Part shown: piece after piece, positions 22,291 through 35,215 of the stretch
Numbering within the stretch: position 1 is the stretch's first letter
Layout: every line of letters begins with the position of its first letter
Source of the DNA: Methanococcus aeolicus Nankai-3
Lineage (GTDB): Archaea; AGJL01; Methanococci; Methanococcales; Methanococcaceae
Assembly: GCF_000017185.1 (NCBI RefSeq)
Contig: NC_009635.1
Coordinates: forward strand, 248,563 to 312,562
Direction of reading: 5' to 3'
DNA length: 64,000 nucleotides
Translations under genes and position numbers: made by a program
Notes under the pieces: generated by a model
Told to the model about the DNA's origin: nothing
What the model saw: only the letters and a program-made list of their open reading frames with translations
Database searches by the model: none

Positions 22291-23949
22291 TTATTCTTTT
22301 AACGGTATGAAAGTAATTTTATTGTTTTGTGCTACAAAATTGCCTTTAAATCTGTCAATTGTTTCAGGAAAATCTTTTCTATAATGGGCCCCCCTACTTT
22401 CTTCTCTTTTTAAAGCACTTTTTATAATTAATTCACTAACTACTATCATATTTTTTAAATCAAAATACCTTAAAATATCAATTATACCATTTAATTTTAC
22501 ATTATCTATTTTATTTTTTAAATCATTTATTTCATTTAGTGCCTTATTTAGTCCTTCCTCTGTTCTCACTATGGAAACATAATTCCACATAATATTTTTA
22601 AGTGTATCTATTAAATTATATACGGTTTCCACATCATTTGTGTTATTATCTTTACTATTTTTATTAGCCCCATTATCTTTATTTTTTAAATTATCTATTT
22701 CCTGTTTAATATTATTAATTAATTCCTCTGTATATTCATTGATATTATTTAATTTATGATTTATAGGGCTATTTTCTGCATAATCACAGGCATTTTTTCC
22801 AGCGATTGCTCCAAAAACCTGAGTATCTGCCAGAGCATTTCCCCCCAATCTATTTGCCCCATGAATTCCGCCTGCAACCTCTCCACAGGCATATAATCCG
22901 CCTATATTGGTTTCACATTTTTCATTTATTCTTATGCCCCCCATTGTATGATGTGCCGTAGGAGCTATAATCATTGGTTCCTTTCTAATATCTACGCCAA
23001 TATCCATAAACTGCCTAAACATTGTTTCTAATTTTTCCTCTATTAATTTAGGGTTGAGATGAGATACATCTAAATAAACTCCTCCGTTTATTCCTCTTCC
23101 CTCTTGAACCTCGTTAAATATTGCTTTTGCTACGACATCTCTTGTGGATAGCTCCATTCTTTGAGGGTCGTAATTTTTCATAAATCTTTCTTTATCTTTA
23201 TTGTATAATATTCCACCTTCTCCCCTTACGGCTTCCGTAACCAATATACCAGTTCCAACCATTCCCGTTGGGTGAAATTGCACCATCTCCATATCTTTTA
23301 AAATTGCACCTTCATTATATGCCAGTGCAAAACCGTCCCCTACTTTTTGGATTGGATTTGATGTAATTGGATATAATTGCCCAGCTCCGCCCGTTGCCAA
23401 TACTGTGGATTTTGCATATATTGGGAATATTTCTCCTGTGATGTTGTTTATAAACAGAGCCCCATAACAAACATTATTTTTTACAATTAATTTTATTGCT
23501 GTGGTATCTTCCATAATCTTAATATTGTCCTTTTTGCCAACATATTCCATCAGCCCCGCCATTATTTCATGCCCTGTGCTATCTCCACTATAACAAGTTC
23601 TATTAAAACTCTGCCCCCCAAATGGTCGTTGTGCTATGGTTCCGTCCTCATTTCTATCGAATAGTGAGCCAAATTTTTCTAAATTTTCTAATTCCTTTGG
23701 AGAATTTTTTATAAGTATTTCAACCAATTTTGGATTATTTATGTATGCTCCTCCTTTCATAGTGTCATTGAAATGAATTTCAAAATCGTCATTTGGATTT
23801 ACAACGGCGTTATATCCTCCTTCTGCCATCACAGTGCAACCACTTTTACCAAAAAGTCCTTTAACTGCCACTATTACGGATTTATTGCATTCTATTGCAC
23901 ATCTTGCCGCTGCTCCTCCGCCACCAATAATTAAAATATCTGTTATCAT
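22291..23949 (-). CDS. tfrA: fumarate reductase / succinate dehydrogenase flavoprotein subunit (thiol:fumarate reductase A-like)
   Basis: 552 aa; N-terminal FAD-binding 'ILIIGGGGAAARCA', 'RPFGGQS', 'HYxMGG' and C-terminal 'ESRGAHYR' motifs. Confidence 0.8.
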   Translation of the reverse strand: MITDILIIGGGGAAARCAIECNKSVIVAVKGLFGKSGCTVMAEGGYNAVVNPNDDFEIHFNDTMKGGAYINNPKLVEILIKNSPKELENLEKFGSLFDRNEDGTIAQRPFGGQSFNRTCYSGDSTGHEIMAGLMEYVGKKDNIKIMEDTTAIKLIVKNNVCYGALFINNITGEIFPIYAKSTVLATGGAGQLYPITSNPIQKVGDGFALAYNEGAILKDMEMVQFHPTGMVGTGILVTEAVRGEGGILYNKDKERFMKNYDPQRMELSTRDVVAKAIFNEVQEGRGINGGVYLDVSHLNPKLIEEKLETMFRQFMDIGVDIRKEPMIIAPTAHHTMGGIRINEKCETNIGGLYACGEVAGGIHGANRLGGNALADTQVFGAIAGKNACDYAENSPINHKLNNINEYTEELINNIKQEIDNLKNKDNGANKNSKDNNTNDVETVYNLIDTLKNIMWNYVSIVRTEEGLNKALNEINDLKNKIDNVKLNGIIDILRYFDLKNMIVVSELIIKSALKREESRGAHYRKDFPETIDRFKGNFVAQNNKITFIPLKE

Positions 23950-24088
23950 AAAATCACCTTAATTGCCTTAATTGCCTTAATTATCTTTCATTTGGATATA
24001 TATTATTAATTACAATATATATAATTATATAATTAATTTAAAAAATAGTATAAAAAAATAAAAATAGGATTTTTAAAAAAGTACTGTA

Positions 24089-24186
24089 TATAGTTAATCT
24101 TCAAAAACTGTCCCTAATCTGCCATAAGATTGTGAAATTTAGCTTTGTTATCGTATTTAACTGAAAAAGACCGAAGATTAATTATA
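24089..24186. mobile_element. MITE-like element, short copy
   Basis: Bounded by imperfect terminal inverted repeats TATAGTTAATCTTCAAAAACTGTCCC ... GAAAAAGACCGAAGATTAATTATA; intergenic. Confidence 0.6.
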
Positions 24187-24230
24187 AATTAAAAAGATAA
24201 AAAAGATAAAAAATAAAAATAGTATTTAAT

Positions 24231-25463
24231 TTATTGAATAATTCCATATCCAATTAATCTCCATCTTGAACCTATTCTTCTACTCATTGCTATTCTGTCC
24301 CCTTTATCTGCGCAAATAGGAAGTTTTAACTTCATATCAGCCATATCTCCTCTTGCGGAGGTTATTATTCCAACTGTGGTTGCTGTTCCCACATTTAACA
24401 TTAAAGCTTCATTTGATTTTAAAGGGCTTATTATTAATTCTTCGTCTGAACCTACAATTCTATCCAATAATTTTGTTTGAACTGTGATTTCGGATAAAGT
24501 TTCAGGCAATGTTCCCGGAGCTCCGGCTACACATCCACTTAGTGAATCTGATTTTGTAAGTGCTGGGTCTAATTCTGTTCCAATTCCAACCAATCCTCCC
24601 GGATGAGCCACTTTAACAGTTTTACCTCCAACACCAAGAGATGTGATTTTTGTAATTATAGATTCCCATCTAATTTTATTTCCTTCTACGATTTTTAATC
24701 CCGGTTTAATTTCGATTTTTTCGCCTGAATTAAGTGTTCCTTGAATTATGCTCCCTCCGATAACCCCACCTTTAAGCTTACTTATCTCGCATCCTGGTTT
24801 ATTGATGTCAAAACTTCTTGCAACATATAATCGTGCAGGAGCTCCCTCATCCATTTCAGGGGTTGGCATTAAATCCTCAATTGCATTTAATAATATATCA
24901 ATATTTGCTCCGTGATGTGCTGAAATAGGGATAATTGGGGCTTTTTCTGCTACTGTGTCTTTTACAAATTCTTTTATTTCGTTGTAGCTTTCTTTTGCTC
25001 TTTCTTCATCAACTAAATCAATTTTGTTTTGAACAATAATAATATTTTCAATTCCAAGGGCATCAAGTGCCATTAAATGTTCTTTTGTTTGGGGTTGTGG
25101 GCATTTTTCTGTTGCAGCTATTACCAATATTGCCCCATTCATAAGGGAAGCTCCTGATAACATTGTAGCCATTAGCGTTTCGTGCCCAGGTGCATCTACA
25201 AATGATATTTTTCTTGACATTTTTGTTTTGGTGCCACATACTGGACAGGTTTTGCTCACAGAATATGCTTCGGGAGCTCCACATTTTGGGCACTTCATAA
25301 TCTCACAATCTGCATAACCTAATCTTATGGAGATTCCTCTTTTTAACTCTTCACTGTGGGTGTCCGTCCATGTTCCGGTTAGTTGTCTGGTTAAACTGGT
25401 TTTTCCGTGGTCAACATGACCAACCATACCAATATTTATTTCCGACTGTTTTACTTTTACCAT
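24231..25463 (-). CDS. eif2g: translation initiation factor 2 subunit gamma (aIF2-gamma)
   Basis: 410 aa; GTPase G1 'GHVDHGKTS', zinc-ribbon Cys 'CPKCG...CPVCG'. Confidence 0.9.
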   Translation of the reverse strand: MVKVKQSEINIGMVGHVDHGKTSLTRQLTGTWTDTHSEELKRGISIRLGYADCEIMKCPKCGAPEAYSVSKTCPVCGTKTKMSRKISFVDAPGHETLMATMLSGASLMNGAILVIAATEKCPQPQTKEHLMALDALGIENIIIVQNKIDLVDEERAKESYNEIKEFVKDTVAEKAPIIPISAHHGANIDILLNAIEDLMPTPEMDEGAPARLYVARSFDINKPGCEISKLKGGVIGGSIIQGTLNSGEKIEIKPGLKIVEGNKIRWESIITKITSLGVGGKTVKVAHPGGLVGIGTELDPALTKSDSLSGCVAGAPGTLPETLSEITVQTKLLDRIVGSDEELIISPLKSNEALMLNVGTATTVGIITSARGDMADMKLKLPICADKGDRIAMSRRIGSRWRLIGYGIIQ

Positions 25464-25753
25464 CGATATCCCTCTAATTCCGTTTATTATTTAATTTTAA
25501 TTGTTATCATTATATGTTTATATTTATTATAATAAAATATTTATTACATATATATTAATGTTGGATAATCTAAAATATAAAAAACCATTAATATAATATA
25601 AATATACAATATATAAATAGGAATAAAATAAATAGAATTTATTTTAATTAATTATATGTTTGAATATTATCAAAATGATTAAATATTTTTTATTACTTCT
25701 CTTAATTGATTATATGCAACACAGTATATATAATTTACATAAAATAATTTTAT

Positions 25754-26650
25754 ATGGTGAATATCATGGACAAAACAGGGAGCTCCTCGGCAATGGCTTT
25801 GGCATCAGGAACCATTATAAATGCCATAGCCACAGGTAAAGGTTCGGCATTTGGTATAGATTTAAATGTATGTGCCACGGTTGAGCTGATTGATGACGGA
25901 AAAAAAAGAATTAAAGGAATTATAAAAGACCATCCTACCGTGAAGCCCAATCTTATAGAAACTTGTGTAAAAAATGTTTTAAATTATTTTGAGTTGGATT
26001 ATTCTGCAACAGTAAGCACAAAAACCACAATACCAGTGAAATCTGGGCTTAGTAGTAGTAGTGCCACATCTAATGCCGTAGTTATGGCTACAATTGATGC
26101 AATAGGGGAAAAATTAGATCCTAAATTAATACTTGATTTGGCTATAAAATCCTCTTTCGATGAAAAATTAACCATCACAGGAGCTTATGATGATGCAACG
26201 GCGTCTTATTATGGTGGCATAACAATAACAGATAATACAAAAAGAGAACTAATTAAAAGAGATACCTTTAAAAGTAATAACGAAAGCATTGAGGATATTA
26301 TTGATGTTTTAATACTTATTCCAAATTTAAATAAAAATGTTAATGTAAATAGAATGAAACTTTTAAAAAATTCTGTTGCCGTGGCATTTAAAGAGTGTTT
26401 AGCTGGAAATTACTACAACGCACTATTTTTAAATGGTATTTTATATGCTTCGGCATTGAATTTTCCAACAAACATAGCAATTGAGGCAATCGAAAGTGGA
26501 GCTCTAACAGCAGGATTATCTGGAACAGGTCCATCATACATAGCATTATGCAATAAAGAAAATACCGAAAATGTTAAAAATACATTAAATAAATATGGTA
26601 AAGTAATTATCACAAAATTAAACAATAAAGGGGCGAGTATAGTATGGTAG
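25754..26650 (+). CDS. aroK: archaeal GHMP-type shikimate kinase
   Basis: 298 aa; GHMP motif '[15 protein letters not shown]'; N-terminus typical of the archaeal shikimate kinase family. Confidence 0.7.
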   Translation: MVNIMDKTGSSSAMALASGTIINAIATGKGSAFGIDLNVCATVELIDDGKKRIKGIIKDHPTVKPNLIETCVKNVLNYFELDYSATVSTKTTIPVKSGLSSSSATSNAVVMATIDAIGEKLDPKLILDLAIKSSFDEKLTITGAYDDATASYYGGITITDNTKRELIKRDTFKSNNESIEDIIDVLILIPNLNKNVNVNRMKLLKNSVAVAFKECLAGNYYNALFLNGILYASALNFPTNIAIEAIESGALTAGLSGTGPSYIALCNKENTENVKNTLNKYGKVIITKLNNKGASIVW

Positions 26651-27342
26651 AAAAAGTTTATGGAATTGGAGTAGGTCCAGGAGATAAAGATTTATTGACG
26701 GTAAAAGCTGTAAATATATTGAATAGCGTAGATACAATTTTTGTCCCAATATCAAAAGAGGGTCGGAGCTCCGTAGCATATGATATAATAAAAGATGTAT
26801 TAAATGAGGATAAAAAAGAAAATATCGTAGAATTATTATTCCCAATGAGTAAAGATATTGATTATTTAAAAAAATACTGGAACGATGCTTTTAATACCAT
26901 TAAAGAAGCAAATGGAGAAGTAGCACTAATAACAATTGGGGACCCAACATTGTACAGCACCTTCTCTTATGTGTGGAGCTCCCTAAAAGAAAATAATATT
27001 TCTGTTGAAATTATAAATGGCATTCCTTCGCCTTTTGCAAGTGCGGGAAGGTTAAATATCCCACTTGTTGAAGGCGATGAAAATATTGCAATACTTCCTC
27101 AGGGAAAGGATTTAGAAAAATATTTGGGAGTATTTGATACTATTGTAGTTATGAAAACTAAAAGTTTAGGAGAAAAACTTAAAAAATTAGTTGATGAGGA
27201 GCATAAAAACGATTATATTGTAGGTATTGTAAGTAAAGCCTGTTGCGAAAATGAAGAAATTCAAATGGGAAAAATCGATGAAATTAATTTTGATGAGGTT
27301 AATGAATATTTATCTCTTGCAGTGATTAAGAAGATTAAATGA
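26644..27342 (+). CDS. cbiL: precorrin-2 / cobalt-factor-2 C20-methyltransferase (tetrapyrrole methylase)
   Basis: 232 aa; '[17 protein letters not shown]' N-terminal tetrapyrrole-methylase motif; overlaps the aroK 3' end. Confidence 0.6.
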   Translation: MVEKVYGIGVGPGDKDLLTVKAVNILNSVDTIFVPISKEGRSSVAYDIIKDVLNEDKKENIVELLFPMSKDIDYLKKYWNDAFNTIKEANGEVALITIGDPTLYSTFSYVWSSLKENNISVEIINGIPSPFASAGRLNIPLVEGDENIAILPQGKDLEKYLGVFDTIVVMKTKSLGEKLKKLVDEEHKNDYIVGIVSKACCENEEIQMGKIDEINFDEVNEYLSLAVIKKIK

Positions 27343-27467
27343 TTATATTAACTTACTTAAAATATACCGTTATCATTTAGTGAGCTGAAACATACTGTTG
27401 AAGTTGGAGATTTGAAAGGAGGTTATAATGAGTTATCGGAGCTCCGACTATATCGAATAATATAAAT

Positions 27468-27923
27468 ATGTATTATAGTATAATATGTCATAAGGTGATA
27501 AAGATGGCAACAACTTATGAGTTAAAAATACATGGAATTGTTCAACATGTTGGGTTTAGAGATAGAATAGAAGATATAGGCAGAGGTTTAGGGATTGATG
27601 GGGTAGTTTATAATTATGAAGATGGAACTGTAAGGATTTTGGCAAACTTTGATGATGAAGAAATAAAAGAATTTTTTAAAAAAAGTATAAAGTTTTTGGA
27701 AAAAAAGGACAATTTAATCAAAATAGAAGAGATTGAAGACAGAGAATTAAAATCACATATTGAGTTCCCAAAAGGCATAAACAGAATTTCAGCAGACGAT
27801 TTAATGGAGTTAAACAAAAAACTCGATGAAGGGGTTAGATATATTAAAATGATATTTGGACAGATGGAATTAATGAATGAAAAGTTAGATAGAATAATAG
27901 AATTATTGGAAAATAAAAATTAA
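27468..27923 (+). CDS. hypothetical protein with acylphosphatase-like N-terminal domain
   Basis: '[38 protein letters not shown]' resembles the acylphosphatase-like fold; C-terminal coiled-coil. Confidence 0.4.
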   Translation: MYYSIICHKVIKMATTYELKIHGIVQHVGFRDRIEDIGRGLGIDGVVYNYEDGTVRILANFDDEEIKEFFKKSIKFLEKKDNLIKIEEIEDRELKSHIEFPKGINRISADDLMELNKKLDEGVRYIKMIFGQMELMNEKLDRIIELLENKN

Positions 27924-28039
27924 GATTTCTTCCTTTTTTCTTTTCCATTTTGATTTAATGAAACTATTTTTCCAGAAATTCACTCACTTATGGGAGCTCC
28001 CAAATCTACTCTGTATAAATATATAAAATAGGACATAAA

Positions 28040-28080
28040 AAAATAGGGACATATTAGGGACAGTTTTTGAACTTACTATA
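28040..28080. mobile_element. solo terminal inverted repeat of the same MITE family
   Basis: 'GGGACAGTTTTTGAACTTACTATA' is the reverse complement of the element terminus; only one end is present. Confidence 0.5.
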
Positions 28081-28130
28081 ATCTCAAATTATGACTACAC
28101 TAAAATTTAAATAGTAAAATAAATAAAAAA

Positions 28131-29246
28131 TTAATTAACAATCTCCTTTAAAATCTCTAAAAATCTTCTATCTTCTTCAAATGTTCCAATGGCAACCCTT
28201 ACATATTCCCCATCAAGTCCTTCAAAAGATTTACAATCTCTTACAATTACCCCTCTTTTCAGGAGCTCCACGCAAAACTCACCAGAGCTCATGCCATTTT
28301 TAACTTCCACAAGTAAATAATTTGCTTCGGAAGGATAAACTTTTAACTCCTTAAATTCTTTTAAACCATTATATAATATTTCCATGCTTTTTATACCGTC
28401 ATTTTTTGATTTTTCAAAAAATTCTTTATCCCTTAGTGCTGTAATGGCACAAATTTGGCTTAATCTGGTTATGCTGAATATTGGTTTAACTCTCATCATA
28501 TAATCTACAATTTTTTTACTGGTGATACCGTAGCCAATTCTTTGCCCTGCTAAACCAAATACCTTTGAAAAAGTTCTTAAAATTAAAACATTGTCATATT
28601 TTAATGCAAATTCTGTTAAATCATATTCTTCTTTTGAATATTCAATATATGCATGGTCTATCATTACAAGGGCATCTGTTGAATTTATGATTTTTTCAAT
28701 ATCTTTTTTATCAATTATATTTCCGGTGGGGTTGTTTGGAGTACATAAGAATATAATTTTTGTTTTATCTGTGATGTTGTTTAAAACACTATCCACATCT
28801 AATTTGAAATCTTTTTCCTTATCAAATTTTGCATATTTTATATTTGCACCATATATTTTTGCAGATATTCTATACTGTGTAAAAGTTGGTATTGGAATAA
28901 TTACCTCATCATCTTTATCTATTAAAATCCTCATCATTGTATCTATTATCTCATCAGCACCATCTCCACCAACTACTATATTTTCCTTTGGAATATTTGT
29001 AAATTTACTTAATTCCTCCATGAGTATTGGATTTACTGGCTCTGGATATTGATGTATATTAGGTAATTCTTTTAATATTTCCTCTTTTATTTTCGGGGAG
29101 CTCCCCCATGGATTTTCATTAGAGCCTAATTTTATAATTTCGTCGGGATTTATATTATAATTTCGTGCTATTTCTTCCTTAGATTTTCCAGGCACATAAG
29201 CTTTAAATTCCTTTACAATATGTCTTATTTTATTATCTATTGTCAT
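28131..29246 (-). CDS. hisC: histidinol-phosphate aminotransferase
   Basis: 371 aa; '[10 protein letters not shown]' HisC motif; class II aminotransferase PLP lysine region '[15 protein letters not shown]'. Confidence 0.85.
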   Translation of the reverse strand: MTIDNKIRHIVKEFKAYVPGKSKEEIARNYNINPDEIIKLGSNENPWGSSPKIKEEILKELPNIHQYPEPVNPILMEELSKFTNIPKENIVVGGDGADEIIDTMMRILIDKDDEVIIPIPTFTQYRISAKIYGANIKYAKFDKEKDFKLDVDSVLNNITDKTKIIFLCTPNNPTGNIIDKKDIEKIINSTDALVMIDHAYIEYSKEEYDLTEFALKYDNVLILRTFSKVFGLAGQRIGYGITSKKIVDYMMRVKPIFSITRLSQICAITALRDKEFFEKSKNDGIKSMEILYNGLKEFKELKVYPSEANYLLVEVKNGMSSGEFCVELLKRGVIVRDCKSFEGLDGEYVRVAIGTFEEDRRFLEILKEIVN

Positions 29247-29290
29247 TATTCCACCTATTTATCTAATTATTATCATTCATGTTCGTGTAT

Positions 29291-29419
29291 GTTATTTATT
29301 TATAGTCAATCTTCGAACTGTTTCACTCCATATTATGCAAATAAGACTATATTCTATTAATACGCCTTATAGCACCAATTATTTATGGCAAATAAGGGAC
29401 AGTTTTTGAACTTACTATA
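29291..29419. mobile_element. MITE-like element (~129 bp)
   Basis: TATAGTCAATCTTCGAACTGTTTC ... GGGACAGTTTTTGAACTTACTATA; lies between hisC and the 2-PGK gene. Confidence 0.6.
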
Positions 29420-30343
29420 TTATTCATTATCCATATTTTCAATGGACTCGAATCTATCAGATATTATTTCTAATACATTATTTACACTATCACTAATCGA
29501 AATATTTTCAATTACTGGAGTATTTTGATATTTTGCATTTTCCACAATATAATCATTTATTTTCCGTATTATTTTAAAATTATCTATATATCTTTCCATG
29601 GGTCTTGCACTAACTTTTGCCCTTGCAGAAAATCTTTGTTTGTGCATTTCTTCGGAGCTCAGCGTTAATACAATAGTAATTATATTTGGCATCAACGAAT
29701 ATTTTTCAGACATTATGCCTGGGACTATATGGGTTCCCTCTATAATTATACTGGACCCCTCAGTCAAACTTCTATCTATAATTCCCTCTATGCCGATTAA
29801 TACTGGCTCAATATGCCGTTCAAATCCTATTATGTGCTTATCGCATCCAAAATTTTCCACCGGAAGTCTAAGGGATTTCCATGCATCATATGATGAATTA
29901 TATAACACAGGCACCAAATCCTTTGAAATACTTCTTCTAATCACTTCCCGTATAGAATCTGTCCCCATGACGCTTGGGATACCTAAACGAGATGCTAATT
30001 CAAATGCTATGGTGGAGGTTCCAACACCACTTGCCCCTCCAATAAGTATTATGATAGGGTGCTTTTTTAAAATATTTCTCCATAATAGATATTTTTCTGC
30101 TATGGTATCGTAGTTTTTTGTTAGGAGGTGATAATATACCCTTGTTCTAAGGTCATCCATTAAAATAGATGTTATGCCTTCTTTTTTTAGTATTGATTCT
30201 ATTTCGCTTGCTAATTTATATGATTGAGTTGGTTTCATACCTATCGCTGTTAATGACCTTGCTAAAATTCCTTTTGAAAATGGCATTTCGTAATTTTTAC
30301 CTACGACCATTATTTTATTCAATTTTTTGTTTAATTGTTCCAT
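29420..30343 (-). CDS. 2-phosphoglycerate kinase family protein
   Basis: 307 aa; P-loop '[19 protein letters not shown]'; length and architecture of methanogen 2-PGK. Confidence 0.65.
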   Translation of the reverse strand: MEQLNKKLNKIMVVGKNYEMPFSKGILARSLTAIGMKPTQSYKLASEIESILKKEGITSILMDDLRTRVYYHLLTKNYDTIAEKYLLWRNILKKHPIIILIGGASGVGTSTIAFELASRLGIPSVMGTDSIREVIRRSISKDLVPVLYNSSYDAWKSLRLPVENFGCDKHIIGFERHIEPVLIGIEGIIDRSLTEGSSIIIEGTHIVPGIMSEKYSLMPNIITIVLTLSSEEMHKQRFSARAKVSARPMERYIDNFKIIRKINDYIVENAKYQNTPVIENISISDSVNNVLEIISDRFESIENMDNE

Positions 30344-30454
30344 ATTATGTGCCCTTTTTATGTATTTATTATATTAAATAGGGTTAATAAGTATAAAAAA
30401 TCATATGTTTTTAAAAATCATATTTAAAAAAATTAAAGAAGAACCTTGTGAATT

Positions 30455-30737
30455 TATAGTAAGTTCAATAACTGTCCCTTATCCCTTCTATTATTAAACA
30501 AAATCCTTTTAGGATTTTATACAAAAGCATAGCTTTTGTAAACGAATTTTCATTTATTGGTAATAGGTTAGATTTTAGCTTTAATAGGATCTCTAAATTT
30601 TCCTCTGAAAAATTTATACGACCTTAAAAACTCCTCCGGAATTTTGGGTCGTAAAAACTCCTCCGGAATTTTGAGATCGTAAAAATCGCTTTGCGATTTT
30701 GAGACGGTTTAGTGAAAAAGACCGAAGATTGACTATA
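30455..30737. mobile_element. MITE-like element, long copy (~283 bp) with internal tandem hairpin-containing repeats
   Basis: Termini TATAGTAAGTTCAATAACTGTCCC ... GTGAAAAAGACCGAAGATTGACTATA; internal about 3x 29-bp units 'CGTAAAAACTCCTCCGGAATTTTGRG'; last unit holds the hairpin AAAATCGC-TTT-GCGATTTT. Confidence 0.65.
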
Positions 30738-30805
30738 TTCGTGGGAGTAGGTCTTGATAAAATATATAATTAAAAATAATATTTAAATAGTTATTAAATA
30801 ATAAT

Positions 30806-31252
30806 TTATTCTTCTTTATCTGTCTTTTTTACCAAAAGCACCGGACAATGTGCCTTTTTACTAACTTTTTCGGCAACACTTCCAAGTAATATTTTATCTA
30901 AACCAGATTTTCCAGTGGTCCCTATGACAATTAAATCTATTTTTTCGTTTTCGGCATATTTTACTATTTCATTTGATGGACTACCTTCAAGAACTTTGGA
31001 AGTCATATTTACGCCCATTTCCTTGGCCATTTTTTCTATTTTTTGTAAGGCTTCCATTCCTTCTTCTTCCAATATCTCTTTCATACTCTCCCAAAGTCCT
31101 TCCGTAGGAAGTCCTACAAATGGAACAATATCCACAACATATACTGCATGAACCTTTGAATTCATTGCCTTTGCTATTTCAAGAGCCTGATTTGCGGCTT
31201 CTAATGAAACAGCAGAACTATCTGTTGGAACTAATATCTTTTCGTATGGCAT
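30806..31252 (-). CDS. universal stress protein (UspA family)
   Basis: 148 aa; 'ILVPTDSS', 'GTTGKSGLDKILLGSVAEKV' USP ATP-binding motif. Confidence 0.8.
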   Translation of the reverse strand: MPYEKILVPTDSSAVSLEAANQALEIAKAMNSKVHAVYVVDIVPFVGLPTEGLWESMKEILEEEGMEALQKIEKMAKEMGVNMTSKVLEGSPSNEIVKYAENEKIDLIVIGTTGKSGLDKILLGSVAEKVSKKAHCPVLLVKKTDKEE

Positions 31253-31534
31253 ACATCACACCTATTTTTTCCTTTTATTATTTCGTTCGGGAGCTCCTGT
31301 ATTAACCCTAACGAATACATATATTGGCGAACATTCTATTAATTTCTATTAATTATTTTGAACATATATAAACAATTTTTTGGATCTCTAAAATCACAAA
31401 GTGATTTTATATGGTCACTGGAATTCAAAAATCTTTGATTTTTGTAGATTTTCCGGTTCCACTCAAAAACATACCACATATTTTAAATTTTATATATTTC
31501 ATTATATTGTCATATATTTATAGTATATTTTATA

Positions 31535-32467
31535 TTGTCATATATTTATAGTATATTCTATATATTTTATTTATCATATATCTTATTTATATCTTATTCA
31601 CATATTGGCGTTTATGTATCTTATTATCTAATTTTTTTTAATTTATATGGTGATATATTGGCAAATTATAGGATTATAATAATACTGGGTGTTGTATTAA
31701 TGGGGGCTTCGCTTTTCTCCTCCTATTATATTATAGATAGCACCGAAGTAGGAATTGTAAAAACATTTGGGAAAGTAAATCCTGAACCAGTAGAATCAGG
31801 CATACATTTTAAAATTCCGATTGTACAGGATGTTGTAAGAATGAATATTTATGAAAAAAATATGGATATGGTTGAAAATAACGGAAATGCCGTTAAAGTT
31901 CTTACGCGAGAGGGGCTCCCCGTGGTTATTGATTTATCTGTGCAATATAAAATAAATCCAAAATATGCACCAGAATTATATTTAAGTGTTAAAAATCCAG
32001 AACCATGGATGACCAGTAGAATAAGGGCAAAGGTTAGAGATATAATTTCAGAATATAGCACTGATGAGCTTTACGGAGAGAAACGAACAGAGGTTCAGCA
32101 AAAAATAAACACAGAAATTGATAAAGAATTTAATGATAAAGGCATAATAGTTACAGCAGTTCTTATTAGAAATATTGACCTTCCCCAACAGGTTGAACAG
32201 GCAATTGAGCGAAAAATGAAATCTAAGCAAGAAGCTGAACAGATGAAATATGAAGTTCAAAGAGCCAAAACAGAGGCCGAAAAGAAAATCGTAGAGGCAC
32301 AAGGGCAGGCGAATGCTACAAGAATATTGGCAAAAGCAATAAGGGAAAATCCCGAAATATTAGAGTATAAGAAATTAGATGCTTTAAAAGAGATGGCCTC
32401 AAATGATAATAAGGTATTTATTGTGCCGAGCTCTAATGATTTGATATTAAATGTAGATAATAAATAA
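31535..32467 (+). CDS. SPFH/band-7 (prohibitin/stomatin-like) membrane protein
   Basis: Band-7 domain 'EVGIVKTFGK...', C-terminal coiled-coil rich in E/K/A/Q. True start is probably around 31650-31700, because the ORF-track N-terminus is AT-rich read-through. Confidence 0.7.
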   Translation: MSYIYSIFYIFYLSYILFISYSHIGVYVSYYLIFFNLYGDILANYRIIIILGVVLMGASLFSSYYIIDSTEVGIVKTFGKVNPEPVESGIHFKIPIVQDVVRMNIYEKNMDMVENNGNAVKVLTREGLPVVIDLSVQYKINPKYAPELYLSVKNPEPWMTSRIRAKVRDIISEYSTDELYGEKRTEVQQKINTEIDKEFNDKGIIVTAVLIRNIDLPQQVEQAIERKMKSKQEAEQMKYEVQRAKTEAEKKIVEAQGQANATRILAKAIRENPEILEYKKLDALKEMASNDNKVFIVPSSNDLILNVDNK

Positions 32468-32591
32468 AGTCCTTTTTATTATATTTATATATACATTAAT
32501 TTTCTATTTTTAAATTATTTTAAATATATATTATTTTAGTTAATTTATTAGTTATAATACAGGAGCTCCGAAATATTACGGTTATTTTTAT

Positions 32592-33146
<555 letters not shown>

Positions 33147-33254
33147 TTATATATGATTTAAAGATTTGGGAATGTCTAGAGGTATGGGGGAGCTCCTAGA
33201 ATTAAAATCGAAAAGTATATATAGTAGGTTGCCCATCTTAAAATAGTGAGTAGT

Positions 33255-33339
33255 GCGGAGATGGCCCAGTCTGGTACGGCGCGGGACTGCTAATCCCGTT
33301 GGGCTTTGCCCAACCCGAGTTCAAATCTCGGTCTCCGCG
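33255..33339 (+). tRNA. tRNA-Ser (anticodon GCU)
   Basis: Cloverleaf: acceptor GCGGAGA/TCTCCGC, anticodon stem-loop CGGGA-CUGCUAA-UCCCG (anticodon GCU), long variable arm 'TTGGGCTTTGCCCAACC', T-arm CCGAG-TTCAAAT-CTCGG; no encoded CCA. Confidence 0.8.
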
Positions 33340-34555
33340 TTTTATTTTTAAGACTATTTTATGCTTTTTTAAGACTATTTTAGTGTTTTCACATTACGGG
33401 ACTAAGTCCCGCAATGTCAATTGGAACTGTAATTAGTAATATGCGGGATTGATATATTTTTTTAAAATTAAATTATTCTTTTAACATTTTTTGTTTTCTT
33501 TCCCTGGGATGAGTATAATATAAAGTAGTATCTATTTTTTATGCCTCGTGTAATCTATTACAATTTCAATAGAAAACCCACTATCTAAAAGAGCAACTGC
33601 TCTACCATGCCGTAATGAGTGGAGAACTATTTTTTATTTTTTGGGGGTTTTGATTCCTCCTTTAATTCTTTTACAGTTTTTCTAAAAACTTCACTTATCC
33701 CTCCGTTGTTATTCTTTCTCCCATGTGGTTTTGAAATATATAATCTTCTTCTCCTTGATTGAGGTTATATTTTATATAATCAACCAGTGCATTTAATGTA
33801 TCCTCCGAGTATACACCATCCCTTTCTACTTTTCCTTTTGTATTTTTTATTTTAAAAACACCTTCCTTTAAATCTACATCCGGTTTTAAATTTATACTTT
33901 GGATAGCCTACAACCAGTATTCCACAATATCCTAATAATATTGTGTGAATTAAAAAATTTGACTCTAGGATTTTGTTTTTTAAAATTAGTTCCTGTGGTT
34001 TTGAGGTGAAATATTTCCCTTCATCGCCGATTTTAAGGGAGCTCCCCAAATTTATGGCATGGTATTTGTTCTATTTTTAGGATAATAATGCCGCCATTAT
34101 TGTTTAATTTGATTATTTCCTTATATTTCATAATTTCACCCAATGAATTTCATTAACATATTCTTTTCCTCTTACTGCACCTATTAAATGTTCTATTTTA
34201 TTAATCTGTTTCATTTTTTTCTTGATACATATCTTCCGACATATTATCTCGTTTCATATTATTACGGCCATTTCCATTACATTAATGCCAACATCAATTC
34301 CCATGCCTTATTTTTACATGTTTCTTCCGAATACGCGCCCTTATCAGTAGTAGTATTTTAGGTTGTGTTTTATTTTTTTGATTAAAAAATTATGGGAAAT
34401 TATATATATCTTAAAAATATAATTATTATATTGTATAACATATGTTTACATATGTGTGTATGGCATGGAGGTGATGATAGGTAAAAATAACAAGAGGAAA
34501 TATTAAGAGAGGTAAATTCACTAAAACTATAACTTTTAAAAGTAGAGGGCAAAAC

Positions 34556-35215
34556 ATGAATCTGGAGCACTTTAGTTTTCTAAAAAATAAAAAAGGTGCT
34601 ATGGGCATAGGTACATTAATTATATTTATCGCTATGGTATTAGTTGCAGCAGTTGCAGCAAGTGTGTTAATTAACACAAGCGGATTTTTGCAACAAAAAG
34701 CATCTTCCACAGGTAAAGAAAGCACCGAACAGGTAGCTAGTGGAATACAAATATTACAAATTAGTGGTATGCATAATACTACTCACATGAATAATTCTGC
34801 AATATATGTCACACCAAATGCAGGTAGTTCAGCAATTGATTTAAGCCAGTCTATTATTATTTTGGCAAGTGGTACATCAGAAAGAACTATTAGTTATAAT
34901 ATTTCAAAGGCACAAAGTTATGATTCAATAACAACTGGCGGTTCAGTATTTGGGTCACCAGTATGGGATAACCTAACTTCAAAAGACTTTGGCATAATTG
35001 TAATAGTAGATTCAGATGGATCATGCCAAAATATTACCCCAGTTATAAATAAAGGAGACCTTGTAGTATTGGCATTGAATACCGCAGATATGGATATGAC
35101 TCCTCGGACAATTGTAACTGGTTTAGTAAGGCCAGAGTTCGGAGCTCCGGGTGTGATATCATATATGACGCCTGCGACATATATTAATGATGTAACTGTG
35201 GTAAGGCTCCAATAA
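34556..35215 (+). CDS. flaB: archaellin (class III signal peptide)
   Basis: 219 aa. Signal '[15 protein letters not shown]|[35 protein letters not shown]'. The N-terminal hydrophobic domain is nearly identical across the five paralogs. C-terminal 'RPEFGAPGV'. Confidence 0.9.
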   Translation: MNLEHFSFLKNKKGAMGIGTLIIFIAMVLVAAVAASVLINTSGFLQQKASSTGKESTEQVASGIQILQISGMHNTTHMNNSAIYVTPNAGSSAIDLSQSIIILASGTSERTISYNISKAQSYDSITTGGSVFGSPVWDNLTSKDFGIIVIVDSDGSCQNITPVINKGDLVVLALNTADMDMTPRTIVTGLVRPEFGAPGVISYMTPATYINDVTVVRLQ

